From positions 17,698-81,697 of IMG/VR virus record IMGVR_UViG_3300037067_026376: DNA of 64,000 nucleotides. One strand, written 5' to 3'. Position 1 is the first letter of the stretch; each line of letters starts with the position of its first letter. The stretch comes from a virus (taxonomy: Duplodnaviria; Caudoviricetes). The notes below the pieces were generated by a model. The model saw only the letters and a list, made by a program, of their open reading frames with translations, was not told the origin of the DNA and did no database searches. Of this stretch, positions 24,728-34,792 are shown in pieces. Position numbers and translations under genes: made by a program.

Positions 24728-25639
24728 TTATTCCTCAACAATATCTTTTACTATTTCTTTCGCATCTTTATCAGATAAAGATCCCGGATCCCCTTCAGAC
24801 AATACAATTATTTCTGATTTTACTCTTAAACCTTTAAGTTTTTTATATAATTCCTCTGCTTTTTTTTGAGCTTCTGCTTCCGGGTCAAACATAATTGATA
24901 CTTTTTCAAATCTTGATGCTATCAAATTCACCTGGGCATCTGTGTATCCAGTTCCGAAAGTCGCTGCAGCATAATCTCCCAATTTCCATTTATCCAGGAT
25001 CCCTTCCACGATAATTACGTGGTTGCCGGGAACATCATCTATGCCGTAAAGGATATCTTTGTGATGTACAATTTCCAGGTCCTCGGGGTAAGTCATATAT
25101 CGCACATCAGCTTTTCCAGTATAATTTCTTCCTTGAAAGGAAATTATATTTCTTTGATAATATATCGGAATGATAATTCTAAAAGCGAACAAATTTTTAT
25201 TTTTAATAAAACCTATGGGACCACAACACCTTAAATTATATTTTTTAATTAAATAATCAGGATCGAATCCGCGTCTATATAGATAATCTTTGGCTTGATT
25301 GTTGAGTTCTATAGTTCCTATAGGCCATTCTATTTTTTTTGCATGTTGTTTTTCTTTATTCATTTTGGAATAAATAATATCTGATTGATCGAATGAAAAT
25401 TTATATTGTCGAGAAATGGAGTTCCATGATATTCCAGTTAAGTTATATATAGCGTCAGGAAGAGGAATTTTTCCACATTTAAAACAATAAAAAATATTGT
25501 AATCTTTATGAATTGCCCCATGAAGTTTTCCGGGTGAAGAATTACAATACGGGCATGTACATTCCCACCACCCCCTAGAATTAGGACCTGAATAATTTAT
25601 ATTATAATTTAAAAAAAATTGTTCCCAATTATATATCAT
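24728..25639 (-). CDS. DNA primase (Zn finger + TOPRIM)
   Basis: CPYC...CFKCG, YLYRRG, RIIIPI, FQGR, IIVEGILD, IMFDPE, GDPG. Confidence 0.85.
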   Translation of the reverse strand: MIYNWEQFFLNYNINYSGPNSRGWWECTCPYCNSSPGKLHGAIHKDYNIFYCFKCGKIPLPDAIYNLTGISWNSISRQYKFSFDQSDIIYSKMNKEKQHAKKIEWPIGTIELNNQAKDYLYRRGFDPDYLIKKYNLRCCGPIGFIKNKNLFAFRIIIPIYYQRNIISFQGRNYTGKADVRYMTYPEDLEIVHHKDILYGIDDVPGNHVIIVEGILDKWKLGDYAAATFGTGYTDAQVNLIASRFEKVSIMFDPEAEAQKKAEELYKKLKGLRVKSEIIVLSEGDPGSLSDKDAKEIVKDIVEE

Positions 25640-26375
25640 TTAGATATGCGAACTCTCCATGATATATTAATGCCGCTTCATTATATGCTTTTGCTGCTCC
25701 TATTTTATCTTCAAAACAGCCTAAATGAATAATTTTATTATTATATTCAATTACGGCTTTCCATTTTTTAGCGCCTTTGTGCCAGCTAACACCTTTATAT
25801 CCAGAAGTATTATTTTTAGTTAATCCTCTATTTGACATATTTTGTTGATGCGTACATTGCCTTATGTTGGATTCTAAATTATTTAATCCATTCCTATCTT
25901 TATGATCTATCATTTTATTTTTAGTTTTAAACAATAATTCATGAATAGAAATAGTTAATTTTTTATTTTTTATTGGAAAGGTTGTTGTTGCATAAAAAGT
26001 TCCAGGTCTTTTTATAACACGCCATCTATATTCTTTAATTTTATTATAATTTTTAGTATCAATTAAAATTTCAAAATTTCCATATTTAGGGGATTCAATT
26101 AAAAATTTTGTAATATCTTCATCTTGATAAATAAGTTTATGTGATTTTCTTTTTTGTGTTTTTGACCAATGATGATTTATAAATTTTTTTGGTTTTCCTT
26201 CAAACATTTTGGTTAATAGTCCACAACCACATTTACAAAAATGTGTAGTATTAACAGTGGGATAATTTTTTCTGGTAGAGTGTCCTTTGATAAAATTATT
26301 ATATTTTTTTGTATATTTACTCTTCATAGTAAACTTTCCGCAGCCGCATTCACAGAGTTTTGGTATATTTTCCAT
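25629..26375 (-). CDS. HNH endonuclease with AP2 domain and N-terminal CxCGCG repeats
   Basis: LCECGCG, FCKCGCG, IDHKDRNGLNN..SNIRQCT, SGYKGVSW, AAKAYN. Confidence 0.85.
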   Translation of the reverse strand: MENIPKLCECGCGKFTMKSKYTKKYNNFIKGHSTRKNYPTVNTTHFCKCGCGLLTKMFEGKPKKFINHHWSKTQKRKSHKLIYQDEDITKFLIESPKYGNFEILIDTKNYNKIKEYRWRVIKRPGTFYATTTFPIKNKKLTISIHELLFKTKNKMIDHKDRNGLNNLESNIRQCTHQQNMSNRGLTKNNTSGYKGVSWHKGAKKWKAVIEYNNKIIHLGCFEDKIGAAKAYNEAALIYHGEFAYLNDI

Positions 26376-26376
26376 T

Positions 26377-26742
26377 TTAACCCTTGTCCTCCCAATATGA
26401 TGGAGGATTAGCGTTTGTGATATCTTCCGGGCTATAATTAAATATATCTAATATCTGCCACAATGCGTCCTGTTTGCTTTGTAAAGTGTTTTCTTGCACT
26501 GCTCTAACTGCTATCCTTTTAATCTCGTTTAGATCACTTTCTGTAATATATGCCATTATCTTCTCCTTATATATTTTATATTTATAATTTCTATGTTCTC
26601 TAATTGCTTTTGTTTGTCTCTCTTTTATGTAATATTGTTTTGATCCACCTCTTTTTTGCCTTAACTTTTTATTTAATTCTAATCTTTCAGGGAATAAAAT
26701 AAATTGTATTAATCTTTTATCAACTTTAAAGGAACGAGCCAT
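26377..26742 (-). CDS. hypothetical protein
   Basis: ORF in operon orientation; true start may be the internal MAYITE. Confidence 0.4.
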   Translation of the reverse strand: MARSFKVDKRLIQFILFPERLELNKKLRQKRGGSKQYYIKERQTKAIREHRNYKYKIYKEKIMAYITESDLNEIKRIAVRAVQENTLQSKQDALWQILDIFNYSPEDITNANPPSYWEDKG

Positions 26743-26877
26743 GCCCCCGGATAGAATTTCCTTCCTGATATAATTTTTTAATTTGTTCCCTATCTGTTTC
26801 AGATAATTTTATCCTCCGGTCTTTATCAATCTGCTTTAGAATGAATCTGTTCCTTTTATTTTCAAAAGCGTATGGCA

Positions 26878-27159
26878 TTATTTTATTTTTCTTTTATTAT
26901 AAGTTTCAGGATTGCAAACAGGGCAATATCTTTTTGCATTTTTTTGATTCTTTAATCTTCTCTCAAAATTTTGATCACCATCTTCCCAGATTCTGACCAC
27001 TTTATAATTAATGCCTGCAATATTCAGCGCCCGGAGAAGTTTAGCCCCATTACCTGCGCGATGTCTTTCCAGTCTTTTCTCCATATTTCCATCTTTACAG
27101 AACCCCAGGTAATGACAGCAGCCTTTGTAATCACGGTCAAAATGTATGAAATATACCAT
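26878..27159 (-). CDS. small GIY-YIG-like protein
   Basis: VYFIHF...HYLG...RLERHRAG.GAKL...E.RLK...CPVC. Confidence 0.7.
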   Translation of the reverse strand: MVYFIHFDRDYKGCCHYLGFCKDGNMEKRLERHRAGNGAKLLRALNIAGINYKVVRIWEDGDQNFERRLKNQKNAKRYCPVCNPETYNKRKIK

Positions 27160-27410
27160 TATTTTGTCCTTAATTCATTTATTGAAGGTGCATATAATTT
27201 TGATTCCCACATCAAATTAAAACCATACATAGATTCTATCTGGTAATGCCACCATCGTTTATGTTTTCCGAAATATTTATATATTATTTGCGGAATAGGC
27301 TCGTTAAGTAACAATAAAACTATATGATGTTTATAATGATCCTGATGATTATAAAAACAATCACCTGGTTCTAAATTAAATATATTTTGATCAAAATCTT
27401 TATTATCCAT
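27159..27410 (-). CDS. hypothetical protein
   Basis: 83 aa, coupled on both sides. Confidence 0.55.
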   Translation of the reverse strand: MDNKDFDQNIFNLEPGDCFYNHQDHYKHHIVLLLLNEPIPQIIYKYFGKHKRWWHYQIESMYGFNLMWESKLYAPSINELRTK

Positions 27411-29263
27411 TACTTTTTCCTGTATCTATTCATTAAAATTGTAAGCATATTCTCATCTTCAGGTGCTTCTCCGTCCATGATAGCTGTTATTACCTGCCTC
27501 TTCTTATCTATTATTTCCGCCATATCCTCATCGATAGTATTTTCTCCGAGGAGATAATATATATTCACAGAAGCTGCTTTCTGTCCTATTCTTAAACTTC
27601 TATCTTCTGCCTGATCATGAGACGCCGGGATCCAATCCAATTCAATGAAAGCTACATTACTTGCAGCAGTCAAAGTAATACCCATGCCGGCAGCTTTTAT
27701 GTTTCCTGCAAATAATTTTATATCAGGGTTGTTCTGAAACTCATCTACAGATTTCTGCTTCTGATTCATGTTATCCCTGCCGTCAAGTTTTACCGCAATA
27801 TCAGGATATTTCTTCATAATCATATCTATAGCGGAGTGATGAACACAAAATAGTATAAGTTTTTCTCCAGATTCCAGGAACGTATCTATCCAGGAAAATA
27901 TCTGCTCCCTTTTTCCAGCTACAGTTAATTGTTTTAATTTTTCAAATTTAACGAGAACTTCCGCCATTGTAGCGCGAATAGCTGATTCCTGCCCTTCCGT
28001 TTCATGCAGATAATTTATAATGTCCGCTTCAGCTTTTTCATATTCCTTTCTGTTATTTATTTCCATGGGGATAACACTTCTCTGCTTGAGGGGAAGATCC
28101 TTTAGGACGTCTTTTTTTAATCTGCGTATCATGAATGAATTTACAAGGATTTTATGCAGCTTATCAGTATTGCTATGCCCTTTGAAACCGTCTTCCATAC
28201 TTCCACAATATTCCATTCCGAAATGATACCAGTTAGGGAATAATTTTGGATCAAGCATATTTAAAGTGGTAAAAAATTCTATTGGCCGGTTCATAATTGG
28301 AGTTCCGGAGAGGCATATTATTTTTTCCATTTTTCTTGATATTTTTTTGACCGCTTTCGTTCTCATTGCCTTCGGGTTTTTGATAGCTGAGGATTCATCT
28401 ATGATCATTATCTTAAAATTCATTTCCATTAGTAATTCAAGGTAATCTTTTAATATGTCATAATTTATGATCGTTATCTTTTTATCATCATAGAACACGG
28501 ATTGCCGTCCCTGTATGATTTGAACGTTATCACCTTCTTCCGGCATCCATTTCTTAATTTCCCTATGCCAGTTAAGTTTAAGAGTTGCCGGTACTACTAT
28601 GAGCGCAGGTCTTAATTCGGGATGTAACTTCATATAGACAATTGATTGTGCACTTTTTCCAAGGCCCATATCGTCTGCGAGTAATGCCCTGCCATTGAAT
28701 TTTTCAAGTAGCTGCACTCCTTCCTCTTGGAAGGGATATAACTTCAATCCTGTTTGCAGCGAGACATTGATATCGGCAGGCTTCACTTCTTCTATTTTTC
28801 CACCTTTAATCTCAAACCCTAATTCGCTCAGCTTATCATAACTGTATTTATTCGCAGGCAGGCTCCACTGCTTTTCATCTTTATTCCATACCCTGCCCGG
28901 CAGCCTCCGTATTTCTTCCAGAATTTTTTTAAATTCTTCTGTCGATCCGCCGAAATTAAGATAAATCATATCATTTTTAACTGCTGCGGTTTTATATGAT
29001 GGTCTTACTATCTGCTGATCCGTAGGCGAAGGCACGGGTATTTTGTCGTAAAGTATTTCCATTCCTGAAAGCTGATTTTTGTATTTGCTCAACATTTTAT
29101 GCACAGCATTCGCCATGTTATAAGTCCATGACGGTTTCGCCGCCAGGTCTCGTGCGAATGGAGAATCAAACCTATTAAACCCCTGCTGATCCTGTGATGA
29201 TGCGCCGTCACATACATTATTTAGTGCTGTCAGTGCCTGTCTTAACTCGGTATAGTTTTCCAT
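27410..29263 (-). CDS. SNF2-family helicase (SMARCAL1/HARP-like)
   Basis: LYPFQ.EG, LADDMGLGKS, IIDES, LSGTPI.NRP, RRLKKDVL, DWIP...QAEDR.LRIGQ. Confidence 0.92.
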   Translation of the reverse strand: MENYTELRQALTALNNVCDGASSQDQQGFNRFDSPFARDLAAKPSWTYNMANAVHKMLSKYKNQLSGMEILYDKIPVPSPTDQQIVRPSYKTAAVKNDMIYLNFGGSTEEFKKILEEIRRLPGRVWNKDEKQWSLPANKYSYDKLSELGFEIKGGKIEEVKPADINVSLQTGLKLYPFQEEGVQLLEKFNGRALLADDMGLGKSAQSIVYMKLHPELRPALIVVPATLKLNWHREIKKWMPEEGDNVQIIQGRQSVFYDDKKITIINYDILKDYLELLMEMNFKIMIIDESSAIKNPKAMRTKAVKKISRKMEKIICLSGTPIMNRPIEFFTTLNMLDPKLFPNWYHFGMEYCGSMEDGFKGHSNTDKLHKILVNSFMIRRLKKDVLKDLPLKQRSVIPMEINNRKEYEKAEADIINYLHETEGQESAIRATMAEVLVKFEKLKQLTVAGKREQIFSWIDTFLESGEKLILFCVHHSAIDMIMKKYPDIAVKLDGRDNMNQKQKSVDEFQNNPDIKLFAGNIKAAGMGITLTAASNVAFIELDWIPASHDQAEDRSLRIGQKAASVNIYYLLGENTIDEDMAEIIDKKRQVITAIMDGEAPEDENMLTILMNRYRKK

Positions 29264-29319
29264 AGTTTTAGCCCTTTATATATTATATATCGGAATATTT
29301 ATTGTTTTTATCAAAAGAA

Positions 29320-29342
29320 AACCCCGCTCTCACGGGGTTATT
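29320..29342 (-). terminator. intrinsic terminator for leftward early transcripts
   Basis: AACCCCG-TGAGAG-CGGGGTT followed by TTCTTTT on the minus strand. Confidence 0.6.
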
Positions 29343-29344
29343 AT

Positions 29345-29536
29345 TCATTGTTTTTGCAGATATAAATCAAAGCGTAATTTATTACTGCCCCAGTTTAATG
29401 AAACAAGCCTTAAAGCATCTGACCATTTCGTAGCAAGGGCATTTTTACTGGAGTAAGGAACAATCCCAATTTCAACGATCCAATTCTCGTCTATTCTTAC
29501 ATCGTTAAGTGTTTCTTTCAATTCTTTTACTGTCAT
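29345..29536 (-). CDS. early hypothetical protein
   Basis: 63 aa; preceded by the cassette RBS module. Confidence 0.55.
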   Translation of the reverse strand: MTVKELKETLNDVRIDENWIVEIGIVPYSSKNALATKWSDALRLVSLNWGSNKLRFDLYLQKQ

Positions 29537-29616
29537 AATAATTATCCCTTTATAATTATAGATTTGTAAACCCTCAAGGGTTTATGTAAGTCCCCCGCAG
29601 GAGACAAACATAAAAC

Positions 29617-29808
29617 TTAGAAGTTCATCATAATTGATTTATCTATTTCTTCTTTTGAATATTCCACTTCCGATTCCCAATAATTTTTGATTTTACATTT
29701 GTTATTCTGGTCAAAAATTACTTTTCTAAGTTTAGGACCATCGTTTATCAAATAATTAGATTTTGCAATAGCATAATAAATATTATTTTCTTTAAAAAAA
29801 GTTATCAT
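29617..29808 (-). CDS. early hypothetical protein
   Basis: 63 aa; RBS GGAGG. Confidence 0.5.
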   Translation of the reverse strand: MITFFKENNIYYAIAKSNYLINDGPKLRKVIFDQNNKCKIKNYWESEVEYSKEEIDKSIMMNF

Positions 29809-29820
29809 ATAAATCCTCCG

Positions 29821-30465
29821 TTATGCTGCTTTTAGATTTTCTCGGATCTCCCGAAGTGCTGATGTGATTCTGTATTCGTCCCAGCCTTTGCCATGAAAGT
29901 AATCATAGATTGCGTGCTGTTTCGCTTTCGCCCGGCTCATATTTGAGCGTTCCCGGAAATTACGTTCCATGATGAAATTATAGTTATAAATAATTTCATC
30001 ATGCATCTGCCGTGCGTCCCTGCTCATGCTCTGAAGCGTGATGTCGATAAGAAGATCGCTTTCTTCCTCTTTCCATCCCTTTACCTCTCTCCCGCAGAAC
30101 ATAGCCCCCTGGGGCAGATTAAGGGAATCGCTTCCGTTATCTTCTGAGTTGATAGAATCAGTATATTGATGATACCGTTCCAATTCCTGATTTTCCTGCA
30201 TTCTACCGTAGAACTCCCCGTTCTTTTTCTTGCCGCCGTTTATACTTCCCCGGCGTGCGTAATTATACATTTTCCAGAACAGAGATTTTGAGTAGAAGGT
30301 ATGAAACTTAGCTGCAGAGGGATTGAATTTTTCTGCGCACAGCATAAATGTATCGTGTGCTACTTCTAAAAGCTCATCCCTGTCTATCCCAGTAGTTTGA
30401 TGAATATTTTTTACCGTGATATTAATAGCTTTTTCTACTTCTTTCGTATAGAGTTCTTCATACAT
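29821..30465 (-). CDS. phage RNA polymerase sigma factor-like protein
   Basis: Region-2-like DRDELLEVAHDTFMLCAEKFNPSAAKFHTF..KSLFWKMYNYARR; region 4 is degenerate. Confidence 0.6.
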   Translation of the reverse strand: MYEELYTKEVEKAINITVKNIHQTTGIDRDELLEVAHDTFMLCAEKFNPSAAKFHTFYSKSLFWKMYNYARRGSINGGKKKNGEFYGRMQENQELERYHQYTDSINSEDNGSDSLNLPQGAMFCGREVKGWKEEESDLLIDITLQSMSRDARQMHDEIIYNYNFIMERNFRERSNMSRAKAKQHAIYDYFHGKGWDEYRITSALREIRENLKAA

Positions 30466-30548
30466 AGTATTGACTCTCCCTTTTATAATTTTGTTAAGCG
30501 TTTAAAAAACCTTACTCAATCCCTGCGTACAGGGAAAGAGTAAAACTT

Positions 30549-30923
30549 TTAATTTTTTACGATTTCTCTTATTGCGTTTTCTACCGCATCCCAATTCATA
30601 CCGTATTCATTATCTGTATGTCTTGAGATATGATCCAGAACCTCGCCAGCCTGAATATTGTTTATTTCGACATCCATTTCTTCCGCTTTTTCGTAGACGT
30701 CCGCAGTCTCCCATGTATCTACAATCGCAATCGTAGTTCCATATTTATCGTTTGTTTCAATCAGTTCAGCTTTTACGACATGGAAATCAGCATTCACTAT
30801 TTCTTTTAATTCTTTAACTCTTGTCTCGGCGTCACCTTCATGAAGAAAGAATTCGCCGTGATCATCATGCGATAATTTGTTTCCGTTTCTGCTTTCGCCT
30901 GATTTGATAAGATATACCTGCAT
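30549..30923 (-). CDS. early hypothetical protein
   Basis: Cassette RBS; C-terminal A.EVL...H....G.NWD pattern. Confidence 0.6.
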   Translation of the reverse strand: MQVYLIKSGESRNGNKLSHDDHGEFFLHEGDAETRVKELKEIVNADFHVVKAELIETNDKYGTTIAIVDTWETADVYEKAEEMDVEINNIQAGEVLDHISRHTDNEYGMNWDAVENAIREIVKN

Positions 30924-31003
30924 AGTATTAACCCCTTTATAATTATATTTAAAGTTTTTAAAAACTTTACTCTATAGGTATATATACCTATAGAGTAAAA
31001 TGT

Positions 31004-31201
31004 TTAATTTCTTCCTGCGATTGCTATTCCCTGCGGATTATAAATTAATGCGACATCTTTTAAAGGTATTCCGCCTTTATCGAAAACATTACCTTTATCA
31101 TCCATGACGGATTTGCAGAAATCATTATAATAATATTTGAAATCCTTCGCCGTTCCTTTCCTTTCTAATCCGTCCTCTACGATCCAGTATTTTGCTTTCA
31201 T
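31004..31201 (-). CDS. early hypothetical protein
   Basis: Start MKAKYW placed by the cassette RBS. Confidence 0.55.
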   Translation of the reverse strand: MKAKYWIVEDGLERKGTAKDFKYYYNDFCKSVMDDKGNVFDKGGIPLKDVALIYNPQGIAIAGRN

Positions 31202-31281
31202 AATATTAACCCCTTTATAATTATATTTAAACCTTAAAGGTTTACTCAATGACCCGTTTATACAGGTCAAAGAGTAACGCT

Positions 31282-31719
31282 TTAATATTCCCCGGCTTCG
31301 TCTTCAATTTCTTCTGCGTATTCCCTGAATTTATTTTTGTCCTTGTAAACTATTTCATAGGATAATTCAGGACCGTCTTCAGTGTCTCTTGCATCATAAT
31401 CAGCAATGATACAATTAATTGATTTCTCGCTGTCTGTTGCGACATAAGAGACAAACCCGGATTGTATCCCTATGACAATATTAATTTCGGGTTCGCTGTC
31501 GCTGGCTGGTTTTTCTTCTATTTTTCCGGCAGGATATAGAAATATTTCCGCAGTGCCGACGCTGTTTCCGTTAAAATCATTGAATCTGTCAAATAACGAT
31601 TTTATATCGTCATTCACTGCAATTTTTTTGCTGTACTCTGACAAGATTCTAGAGACTTCCTGACCTGGTTCGTCGCTAAATGCGTCGTTATCCAGATTGA
31701 TTTTAATAACTAGTTCCAT
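31282..31719 (-). CDS. early hypothetical protein
   Basis: IKINLDNDAF...EVSRIL...DFNGNSVG, recalled from phage early proteins. Confidence 0.6.
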   Translation of the reverse strand: MELVIKINLDNDAFSDEPGQEVSRILSEYSKKIAVNDDIKSLFDRFNDFNGNSVGTAEIFLYPAGKIEEKPASDSEPEINIVIGIQSGFVSYVATDSEKSINCIIADYDARDTEDGPELSYEIVYKDKNKFREYAEEIEDEAGEY

Positions 31720-31800
31720 TACATTAACCCTTTATAATTTTATTTAAGTCTTAATAGACTTATACAAAGGGAAAATAATTTTTCCCTAAGCATAAATACA

Positions 31801-32034
31801 TTAAAAATACGATAGATTTTTGATTGCTTTCTTGTCTTGTTCCCTATTCCCGATATGAATATTTTTAATTGCAGCCTGTAAAATTATTCTAGGAAGAATA
31901 AAATCGTCGCTGTAATCCTCTTTATTGATCCCGCCACTGATTAATAAGCGTTCGCCCTCAGACTTCAAAAATGACTTGAAATCACAATTATTGATCAGCT
32001 CTTCATATTTTACTTTAAATTGTTCCTTTGTCAT
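31801..32034 (-). CDS. early hypothetical protein
   Basis: Start MTKEQ placed by the cassette RBS. Confidence 0.55.
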   Translation of the reverse strand: MTKEQFKVKYEELINNCDFKSFLKSEGERLLISGGINKEDYSDDFILPRIILQAAIKNIHIGNREQDKKAIKNLSYF

Positions 32035-32120
32035 ATAATTAAACCCCTTTATAATTATTGTTAAGATTTTAAAAAATCTTATGCAATGACCTGAATATAT
32101 CAGGTCAAAACACAAAACTT

Positions 32121-32432
32121 TTATTTTACATTCGCTATCATGTCACGCTTTAAACCGTCGCTGACATTCCATATAATGGGATAATTATTTTCCCTTTCAT
32201 ACATTCTGTAATTATCTTTATTATATTTTTTCGGTAATAGATTATTCTCAAACATAATCGCCAATGCTGTTTGCTTGTAATGTTCGCCGTATCCGTAAAC
32301 TACAGGATCAGAAACAAATATTTTTCCGTCTTTTATGCGTTCGATATTTACAGAATGATAAGTATTACCATTTACTTTGTCGAACCAGCGCACAGCGGAA
32401 ACATTAAATAATATTACTCTTTGCTTTTTCAT
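32121..32432 (-). CDS. early hypothetical protein
   Basis: RWFDKVNGNTYHS...YGYG..Y.QTA motif. Confidence 0.65.
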   Translation of the reverse strand: MKKQRVILFNVSAVRWFDKVNGNTYHSVNIERIKDGKIFVSDPVVYGYGEHYKQTALAIMFENNLLPKKYNKDNYRMYERENNYPIIWNVSDGLKRDMIANVK

Positions 32433-32521
32433 ATAATAAACCCCTTTATAATTTATTTAAGTCTTTTTAATAGACTTATAAAACAGGGATAATAAAATAT
32501 TATCCCTGAAATATAAATTGA

Positions 32522-33388
32522 TTAATTTTCGCTAATATATTTTTCGGCGAATACCCCAGTTGTTTTGAAATTGATTGCCGGGATAGAAATTGATTTTTCG
32601 TTATGGTCAATGACTACAGAATTTGACGCTATCAGGTTTAAAAATTCCTGATATTTATTTTTTGTTTCCTGTAATTCTGAAACATATTTTTTTATATCGT
32701 CAATTAAGGCGATATAAAATTTGTCGTAATCAAAAAATTTAGTTACGGAAAAATTACCGTCAAACACTGCGTAATATAAGTATTCGCTGTCAATATCCAG
32801 AATATCAGTTAAGATGAATTGAAGAATTGATCCCGATTGGTGATTTAACATTAACGCAGTGTCAATATTCCAATCTGAAGAATCCGGAAAATTATCAAAA
32901 CTTGACCAAAAACCGTCGTAACTTGTGTAATGATCCCTTAAATATTGCGTCCATTCTTCCATATTATCAGAAATCAATTTTTTAATATTATCAATATTTT
33001 CCTTTGTGAATACAATTTCAATATTTACGGAATCGTTGTAAAAATTGTATTCTCTAGGCGAAACAATTTTCTGATAATTCAATTTCTTTATCAGATTATT
33101 TTTCACTAATATTGATTCAATTTCTGAAGCGCATTTTTTGCAAACCGCTGTTTCATATTCCCGATTTTTAAAATGATCATAAGATTTATTGTTTATGAAT
33201 GATTCAATCTTTTTTGATAATTCTTCGCTGTTATTATTCACTAATAATAAATCAATTTCACTGTTTCCAGTTTTTTTATTTTCGATCGATTCTTTTAAAT
33301 CCTGTATGATATAATCATTATCAGGTTCAAAAAGAGTATTGTAAAAACCTGGGAATACCGGTAACCATGATTCAACTTTTTTATTCAT
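32522..33388 (-). CDS. early hypothetical protein
   Basis: LPVFPGFYNT...SPREYNF.NDS...YTSYDGFWS motif. Confidence 0.65.
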   Translation of the reverse strand: MNKKVESWLPVFPGFYNTLFEPDNDYIIQDLKESIENKKTGNSEIDLLLVNNNSEELSKKIESFINNKSYDHFKNREYETAVCKKCASEIESILVKNNLIKKLNYQKIVSPREYNFYNDSVNIEIVFTKENIDNIKKLISDNMEEWTQYLRDHYTSYDGFWSSFDNFPDSSDWNIDTALMLNHQSGSILQFILTDILDIDSEYLYYAVFDGNFSVTKFFDYDKFYIALIDDIKKYVSELQETKNKYQEFLNLIASNSVVIDHNEKSISIPAINFKTTGVFAEKYISEN

Positions 33389-33468
33389 AATATTAACCCT
33401 TTATAATTAAATTTAAGGTTTTAAAAACCTTATCACTAGAGATATATTAATCTCTAATGATAAAAATT

Positions 33469-33612
33469 TTAAAGTGGACGTAAACAGCTTGTCTTGAAAA
33501 ACCAGTTTACGCCGTACCAGTCTTTATTTTTGCCGGTTAATTTTACAATATAAATTGTCCTTAATTCTTTTATTACAATTCCTGTCCCAATTCCTTTAAC
33601 ATATACTTTCAT
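33469..33612 (-). CDS. early small protein (47 aa, not in ORF track)
   Basis: Hand translation MKVYVKGIGTGIVIKELRT...TSCLRPL, lying between two cassette modules. Confidence 0.55.
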   Translation of the reverse strand: MKVYVKGIGTGIVIKELRTIYIVKLTGKNKDWYGVNWFFKTSCLRPL

Positions 33613-33693
33613 ATATTAACCCCTTTATAATTTTATTTAAGTCTTAATAGACTTATGCAAAGGGAAAATTATTTTTCCCTAAGTATAAACATA

Positions 33694-33870
33694 TTAAAAA
33701 TTATGATTTATCATCGGTTTATTATAATGTATATAATTATATATTTGTTGTTGTTCCTGCGGTGTAAAATCAGAAATTTTTATATATTTCTTTTTATTTT
33801 CCGATTCATAAATAAAATTAGTTTTATCGTCATAAAACCAGCGATAATTATTAATTATAATTTTTTCCAT
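33694..33870 (-). CDS. early small protein (58 aa, not in ORF track)
   Basis: MEKIIINNYRWFYDDK...INHNF, lying between two cassette modules. Confidence 0.55.
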   Translation of the reverse strand: MEKIIINNYRWFYDDKTNFIYESENKKKYIKISDFTPQEQQQIYNYIHYNKPMINHNF

Positions 33871-33958
33871 AGTATTAACCCTTTATAATTTATTTAAGTC
33901 TTTTTAATAGACTTATAAAACAGGGATAATAAAATATTATCCCTGAAATATAAATTGA

Positions 33959-34378
33959 TTAATAACCGTAAAGAATATCGGAAACATTCTTATTATATTT
34001 ATCATCACTATTTTTTAAAGCATAGAATAAATTTACTGTTCCGCCGCGCGGATCATGTTGAAATTCAGGAATGATTGAAATAAATTCGCTGATATTTATT
34101 TTCCCTGCGTACTCTTTTATTTTTCCTTCAATCAATTCTATTTCCCGATCAAATACAGTAAAATCATCTTTAATATATGCGTTTTTATCAGTTATGGAAA
34201 AATGACCTTTGCGGGGAATATACCCCTTACCATTACATGAATTTTCGCATTGCCGCTGATGCTGTTTATAAAGTTTTCTCAATTTCATAAAAAGCATTAC
34301 TTGATCATAATTTAATACAAGTCCTGCACGCTCAGCGAATACCCCGACGATAAAATAATACAGTTTTGTATTTTTCAT
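33959..34378 (-). CDS. early hypothetical protein
   Basis: LRKLYKQHQRQCENSCNG...FQHDPRG motif. Confidence 0.6.
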   Translation of the reverse strand: MKNTKLYYFIVGVFAERAGLVLNYDQVMLFMKLRKLYKQHQRQCENSCNGKGYIPRKGHFSITDKNAYIKDDFTVFDREIELIEGKIKEYAGKINISEFISIIPEFQHDPRGGTVNLFYALKNSDDKYNKNVSDILYGY

Positions 34379-34465
34379 ATAATTTTAACCCTTTATAATT
34401 TATTTAAGATTTTTAAAAATCTTATAAAGACAGGGAATATATAATTCCCTGCTGATATAAAAATT

Positions 34466-34705
34466 TTAATAACTTTCGATCCATTCACTTAATGACATTT
34501 TAAAATTCATTCGATTAAATACTTTTTCAATGTCATTGATATTTTTTGTATTAATTAAATCGGATATTATATCAGATTTATAATTTTTAATTGTTTCTAA
34601 TATTGCATCGTATACATACCCATTTTTTACTAAAATTTCAATTGCTTTTTCCGTATTTGCGTCAAATTCTTTTATTAAAGATTCTTTTATCATTTTATAA
34701 TTCAT
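34466..34705 (-). CDS. early hypothetical protein
   Basis: 79 aa with cassette RBS. Confidence 0.55.
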   Translation of the reverse strand: MNYKMIKESLIKEFDANTEKAIEILVKNGYVYDAILETIKNYKSDIISDLINTKNINDIEKVFNRMNFKMSLSEWIESY

Positions 34706-34792
34706 ATAATTTTACCCCTTTATAATTAGTATTAAGAATTTAAAAAATTCTTATCCATGAGTAATAATATTATTACTCATGGGAAAAACTTT

